The position numbers and the translations under genes were made by a program. A stretch of 31,450 nt of DNA from a virus (Duplodnaviria; Caudoviricetes): positions 1-31,450 of IMG/VR virus record IMGVR_UViG_3300017774_005258. One strand, written 5' to 3'. Shown here in pieces: positions 29,101-31,450 of this stretch. Position 1 is the first letter of the stretch, and every line of letters starts with the position of its first letter. The notes below the pieces were generated by a model. It did not search any database. It worked only from the letters and a program-made list of their open reading frames with translations, and was not told where the DNA came from.

Positions 29101-30082
29101 AAAAATGAGATATGCGGTTTTTGCAACAATGTATATAAGGTCATCTCAAAGTCGTATGTTACAATCTAATTTCAATAATTACAGTGCTGTGGATTTATTA
29201 CAAGATTGGGGACCATCGGTTGAAGAATTTTTTAAAACAAAAAAATACTATTGTAGTGATTCAAATAAACCGTATGTTGTGTTTGATAGTTTAAATCAAA
29301 ATGTTGAATTTTTAATTTCTAGATATAAAAATAGAGTTGATACTATTAAAAGTATCTCCGCGACAGATATTGCAAAGTTTATAATAATATATGGTGATGC
29401 AGCTATTCCAACATCAGATTCTGTTTATACATCAATGAGTTCTACAGATATTAAAACAATTGAAAGTCTTGTTGAATCCGCTATCAAAGAATATAATCCA
29501 TCAAGTGGAAATAACACTAATCAAACACCACCGGCACCAACAGCGGTTCCTCAAACAACTAGTGATGATAAAGGTGTTCTTGAAGACTCATTAGTTTTAA
29601 ACACTTATTTTTTTAATAATTTAAAAATAAATAGTAACGGGTCTTTAAGTGGTGATTTTGTTATTCTTAGTAATGGTAATATATTAAGTCAACCATACCC
29701 CGCTAAATTATATCTTCCGGGTCAAATGAATTTAGTTGAAATTGCTACTTTTACTATGAACACTAATCAAAACAATACAGGTTCATTCATAACTAATGCT
29801 AACATTATTGAGGCGATAGACCTAGTTCGTAATCGTGATTCGTATGAAAACGCTTTTATTGTTGTAATTAACGCATTTTCTAATTTAAGATTTGTACGTA
29901 ATAAGGTTATTATGCCGTTGGACTGTCCTGGTGAAGGATTTACATATCGTCAGATAATTGATGTTGGTGATTGGGATGCCATTAAAGATGATATATGTTG
30001 TAATTGTTACCCTAATCCATATACCGGTATGCAAATTGTTTGGGATGGAAAATCTTGTTCTAAAAATGGAACAACCTGTTAA
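23177..30082 (+). CDS. Giant baseplate hub protein (gp27/gpD/VgrG-like termini) with extra domains
   Basis: N-terminal 'LGITDIQIK...PVIDIKLTD..G..LF...FYLTIKG'; late-control-D-like 'YSCQVGMLGNAMIQP..YFNL..VP.FSGPYMITEVSHSI...FDTTFSGIR'. It follows the LysM gene. Confidence 0.65.
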   Translation: MVGKPENILVEFDYNNISIIDPNKVLDSDNNVIDRFIRQEDLVMYANLECDVIPRTKLAIGTGIGDSIRTVSISKINFLKPGNKPYLDNSYTDELTGKDSIKGKGVNQPTLNTITNPINSEDYYIKQTISSGGKAGSMDSGLLGITDIQIKQGLDFTPVIDIKLTDIKGRALFEAGDNSPYATFFNLPYPLFYLTIKGFLGKAVRLGLMLQNFTSSYNSETANFDISLKFYTYKYTVLTEITMGAILATPHMYQSRFNIAQSSGGPSKTTTTQSVLVEKGFQKIREMYSEYKSKGLISDDFPEITLMQLRDRLKNFIKNILDSFVQQNLDPLTDLKTYGEQLLDYQKTVFYTLKVSWFYEFMDTENFFILNNTAEKIYVFNKSLTPQKKIEAKEKLKSIISRYNTLLNNNKTCGLNGSYTINGKTIKSSIPNSIIYENFVKKINGDDINLEETYKQQRKNNSPTPEDLSKFKTELENNGLFNNLNITLKNGAKQVESDYFVFEGNLSFVDLTEKINKELKIKSNEIEDALTNALSDLLKKSDNGIGFVPTIRNILAVIFANGEAFLRLLDDVHTKAWEKRDSEIRKKVIFSSEISNASSDNKTSGDDKNQPVYPWPQVIKATPGENGQEKYELRYPGDSDIIGETKGGSYDVWPEIEFVEEFINGLTQKTPPPAPPAKISNVVTEPNRFTLGAIEFPINNQVFQNKNISKFIYEIYERADLTSHYSKLDRTTNSSSESDKISNVIAEGETNNITKSLDYTSDAQLTKTLKEYNIPSKDFEKMLKNISNNGASESWQNYIRAIPNTGYIKNLVENNSFKFISNQDINSSLSQPVVSITNENDIVNYLNSSTTSNQFDFTDLYPFTNKEWVKNNLANGTATDEKLAFNTTKSLIFNTNKKVISNFSDSQSGDSKKPITNFIYKKIVEPTNYVNNLRNFYSTRTYTTQLPTEGDVKYLNYSGFVSDYQTTSIFNTPYFINSIQQGVSKSINSEENPYVSSAYLFINSLPLSTLREKYKTYNGTDANYSDESLDYIFATMKKFAAIHKVPYAWVLKIGSIWHRYKTYLNTNIDILSDCWKDFDYLSNFDPVNNDKNRAYKINIPNGLSATTIVLENYSTGQTSTFSGNVTTINIGFYPKLINSFNIFYQGYSLFTGYTDTDIQTSIDKNELILSYVPEAVINNLNNKIPSSSVVNKVIPWSVSVNTDYGDYQYIMPSHGSLINQTKDECINNLDEIVYSLSANTSMYNGSVRLFWASPNYGYFDNSKVTPPLPLQYLKQIFSGLESQENFSINGDVNNYTEMSEMFSVFDKNELDEFEKKFLKFSDSIYDYDDTENLNETETEKTFKNFQSLMRIMMKIPNTDIEQPSVNEIQSKQLVSMSNLITNFLNYDVYFKIGNPSSFNKQLFYTFSNNHKIETPITWDYYNYNTPNSLPTTDPNSPSLNVSIFLKPDEWVALETYVGFSEISGLTYSDNGSFITDFFVDCNIAFDVYNIEKLAPIIKIYATQKLKDNTLNYDKFVNLMNGYLDGLDSFNSAIIKNTVIKLQKLLPDVNFSPQPKIETVLESKQSKLELWESFKATNDKWISGIDFKSKTLFEDVLLLDRASRDVGNIILVDIEKIFNDLDKINVTQTMLTYVRTILIDNHFVIMNIPSYVNFYNVQDAIKNPVPRPDGTTEFANSLFGTFLSVDYRESSAKMVCFYGGKPSEQLDLKDNVDYRFRNDAFDLRRQDNPLVENQTNKKDWDKSNKVVGFNIDFGPQNQSIFKGFSVSQDPGQSTAESLEMIYKMANQSNNKGGSTQNISLYNLYKNRSYSCQVGMLGNAMIQPTMYFNLRHVPMFSGPYMITEVSHSIRPGGFDTTFSGIRQATTSLPKIDNYLQSLKTTLLQSILERNNKNKQEKEKTVLKEKSDNDNVKKQTSDKVDENTKKEAKNVSNSQNCKPDNPKYDKFTVTDDKDKVSSSATYKQVVDLIASKTPTGDQKMRYAVFATMYIRSSQSRMLQSNFNNYSAVDLLQDWGPSVEEFFKTKKYYCSDSNKPYVVFDSLNQNVEFLISRYKNRVDTIKSISATDIAKFIIIYGDAAIPTSDSVYTSMSSTDIKTIESLVESAIKEYNPSSGNNTNQTPPAPTAVPQTTSDDKGVLEDSLVLNTYFFNNLKINSNGSLSGDFVILSNGNILSQPYPAKLYLPGQMNLVEIATFTMNTNQNNTGSFITNANIIEAIDLVRNRDSYENAFIVVINAFSNLRFVRNKVIMPLDCPGEGFTYRQIIDVGDWDAIKDDICCNCYPNPYTGMQIVWDGKSCSKNGTTC

Positions 30083-30127
30083 ATTAATTTTTTCTTAACT
30101 AACAGATATTTATATATAAAAAAGATT

Positions 30128-30352
30128 ATGGATACAAAAACAATATTAGAAAATTACTTAGGTAAAAAAACCCGTACAACTGAAAAAGATATGGGTAATG
30201 GTTCGAAACAAGTTTGTGACTTGGATTCGGGAGATTGTTATACGATTAGAATGAAAGATGGTCTAATTGAAAGAGTTGATAATACAATGAACCAAAATAG
30301 AAAAATACAAGTTGAAACAACGACTGGTGTAAAACAATTATTAAACGGATAA
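30128..30352 (+). CDS. Hypothetical protein with CxxxxxxC motif
   Basis: 74-aa ORF containing 'VCDLDSGDCY' and preceded by TATTTATA at 30107-30114. Confidence 0.75.
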   Translation: MDTKTILENYLGKKTRTTEKDMGNGSKQVCDLDSGDCYTIRMKDGLIERVDNTMNQNRKIQVETTTGVKQLLNG

Positions 30353-30353
30353 G

Positions 30354-31019
30354 ATGAAAAAAATAGACAATAGAATTTTAGAAGAAATTGCTCGATATAA
30401 CTCAATCAATAATTATATTGTTGAACAAGATGCTACATTACCTCCACCTCCGGGAGACCCAAACGCTTTACCCCCAACGGGAGAAGCTCCGGCACCTGTT
30501 GACCCAAATTTAGCACCCCCTGCTCCGGCAGCACCTACAGGACCTCAACCAGTTGATTTAGAAAATGACCCTGATGTAGAAAAAGTTGGTGAAGGAGACT
30601 CTGAAGGTAAAACTGAAGAAATGGACATTACCGATTTAGTAAAATCTCAGAAAAAAGTTGAACAAAAACAAGAAGAATATTTTGATAACTTATTCCAGCA
30701 TTTAGATAATTTAGAAAATAAATTAGGTGAAATGGATGGCATTATGACTAAGTTAAATGACTTAGAAATGAAGATTGAAAAATATAGAGAAAAAACTCCC
30801 CAAGAAAAATTAGAACTTAGAAGTTTAGATTCGGGACCATTCAACCAAAAACTAAGTCAATTTTTTGACGATAAAGAAGAGGATATGGAAAAATCCGGAA
30901 AAAATGAATATATTTTAACTCAAGACGATGTTGAAGATTATTCACCAATTGAAATTAAGAAAACATTTAGAAATTTTGGAGATGAAGGAAAACCAACATC
31001 ATTCCAACAATTAAGATAA
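30354..31019 (+). CDS. Acidic Pro-rich/coiled-coil protein, candidate prohead core/internal protein
   Basis: Pro/Ala low-complexity segment, acidic linker and heptad region (LDNLENKLGEMDGIMTKLNDLEMKIEK), with N-terminal I-x-E motifs. Confidence 0.7.
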   Translation: MKKIDNRILEEIARYNSINNYIVEQDATLPPPPGDPNALPPTGEAPAPVDPNLAPPAPAAPTGPQPVDLENDPDVEKVGEGDSEGKTEEMDITDLVKSQKKVEQKQEEYFDNLFQHLDNLENKLGEMDGIMTKLNDLEMKIEKYREKTPQEKLELRSLDSGPFNQKLSQFFDDKEEDMEKSGKNEYILTQDDVEDYSPIEIKKTFRNFGDEGKPTSFQQLR

Positions 31020-31020
31020 G

Positions 31021-31052
31021 ATAAGACGGACTAAAAAAGTCCGTTTTATTTT
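31021..31052 (+). terminator. Intrinsic terminator ending the structural cluster
   Basis: ATAAGACGGACT-aaaaa-AGTCCGTTTTAT followed by TTT. Confidence 0.8.
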
Positions 31053-31062
31053 CACAAACAAT

Positions 31063-31091
31063 TTGACAAACACACGGCTGACACTTATACT
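31063..31091 (+). promoter_or_regulatory. Sigma70-like promoter TTGACA-N17-TATACT
   Basis: TTGACA 31063-31068, 17-nt spacer, TATACT 31086-31091, then 29 nt to ATG 31121. Confidence 0.65.
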
Positions 31092-31120
31092 TTTATAAAC
31101 CTTTAAATATTTTAAACACT

Positions 31121-31450
31121 ATGGCGACAAATTCATTAGACGCAGTTTTAGCTCAATACGAGAAAGCTAAACAAGGTAGTACTTCTTCTACCTCAAAATT
31201 TACACAAGAAGAAAGAATGAAAAAATACTTCGCCGCAAGCCTTCAAGATAAGGAATCTCAAGGCCAAAGAAGATTAAGAAGCTTACCAACATCAGATGGT
31301 ACTTCACCATTTAAAGAGGTATGGTATCACGAGATTCAAGTTGATGGAAAATTCCAAAAATTTTATGACCCGGGAAAAAATGACAATGAACGTTCACCTT
31401 TAACTGAGGTTTACGAAGAACTTCGTTCGACAGGTAATGAAAATGACAAA
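31121..31450 (+). CDS. gp32-like single-stranded DNA-binding protein (3'-truncated)
   Basis: Manual translation is open to the window end: MATNSLDAVLAQYEKAK...MKKYF...QRRLRSLPTSDGTSPFKEVWYHEIQVDGKFQKFYDPGKNDNERSPLTEVYEEL... The R-x-L-P...PF....H pattern is gp32-like. Confidence 0.7.
   Translation, partial: MATNSLDAVLAQYEKAKQGSTSSTSKFTQEERMKKYFAASLQDKESQGQRRLRSLPTSDGTSPFKEVWYHEIQVDGKFQKFYDPGKNDNERSPLTEVYEELRSTGNENDK

Noticed and set aside
9855-30082. Bacterial extracellular contractile injection system or tailocin
   Set aside because: Flanking DNA polymerase, SSB, neck proteins and homing endonuclease indicate a phage genome.
30438-30552. C-rich repeats suggesting an array
   Set aside because: Explained by Pro/Ala codons in the 221-aa protein. 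No CRISPR-like repeat-spacer structure was seen anywhere in the window.
366-30844. Short shadow ORFs in the track (366, 3762, 7084, 8365, 10121, 11594, 14631, 15525, 17108, 17139, 20536, 20757, 20789, 28823, 30647)
   Set aside because: They overlap well-supported genes in antisense or alternative frames and have no recognisable motifs.
1-31450. Stop-codon reassignment (TAG or TGA), as in some large Bacteroidota phages
   Set aside because: Very long ORFs are intact in the standard code, and TAG (7185, 17859, 22858) and TGA (3734) end genes at sensible boundaries.

Overview
AT-rich 31.4 kb segment of a large T4-like (Caudoviricetes, contractile-tailed) phage genome. A Bacteroidota host is suggested by a perfect TTTG-N19-TAnnTTTG promoter and by leaders that lack Shine-Dalgarno sites. 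Gene order: 5'-truncated family B DNA polymerase; a minus-strand block (small beta-rich protein, gp13-like neck protein, PD-(D/E)xK-like nuclease, SNF2 helicase); a GIY-YIG homing endonuclease; and a plus-strand morphogenesis cluster (gp14-like, two small accessory genes, gp15-like, giant tail sheath, HAD phosphatase, tail tube, gp26-like chaperone, tape measure, 1647-aa tube-initiator/OmpA-like protein, LysM/gp53-like protein, 2301-aa hub). Two hypothetical genes and a 3'-truncated gp32-like SSB close the window. Features not explained by the ORF track: (1) a probable +1 (or -2) programmed frameshift at UUU_UUU_CGG extending the chaperone gene; (2) a TATTTAT(A) motif, the reverse complement of the T4 late promoter, in sense orientation before most structural genes; (3) an internally deleted endonuclease remnant that keeps a start-sequestering hairpin; (4) an unannotated ribbon-helix-helix gene divergent from the sheath; (5) cell-envelope-type domains inserted into core tail proteins; (6) putative capsid-targeting N-terminal peptides. 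All family calls come from motif recognition by eye, with no database searches.
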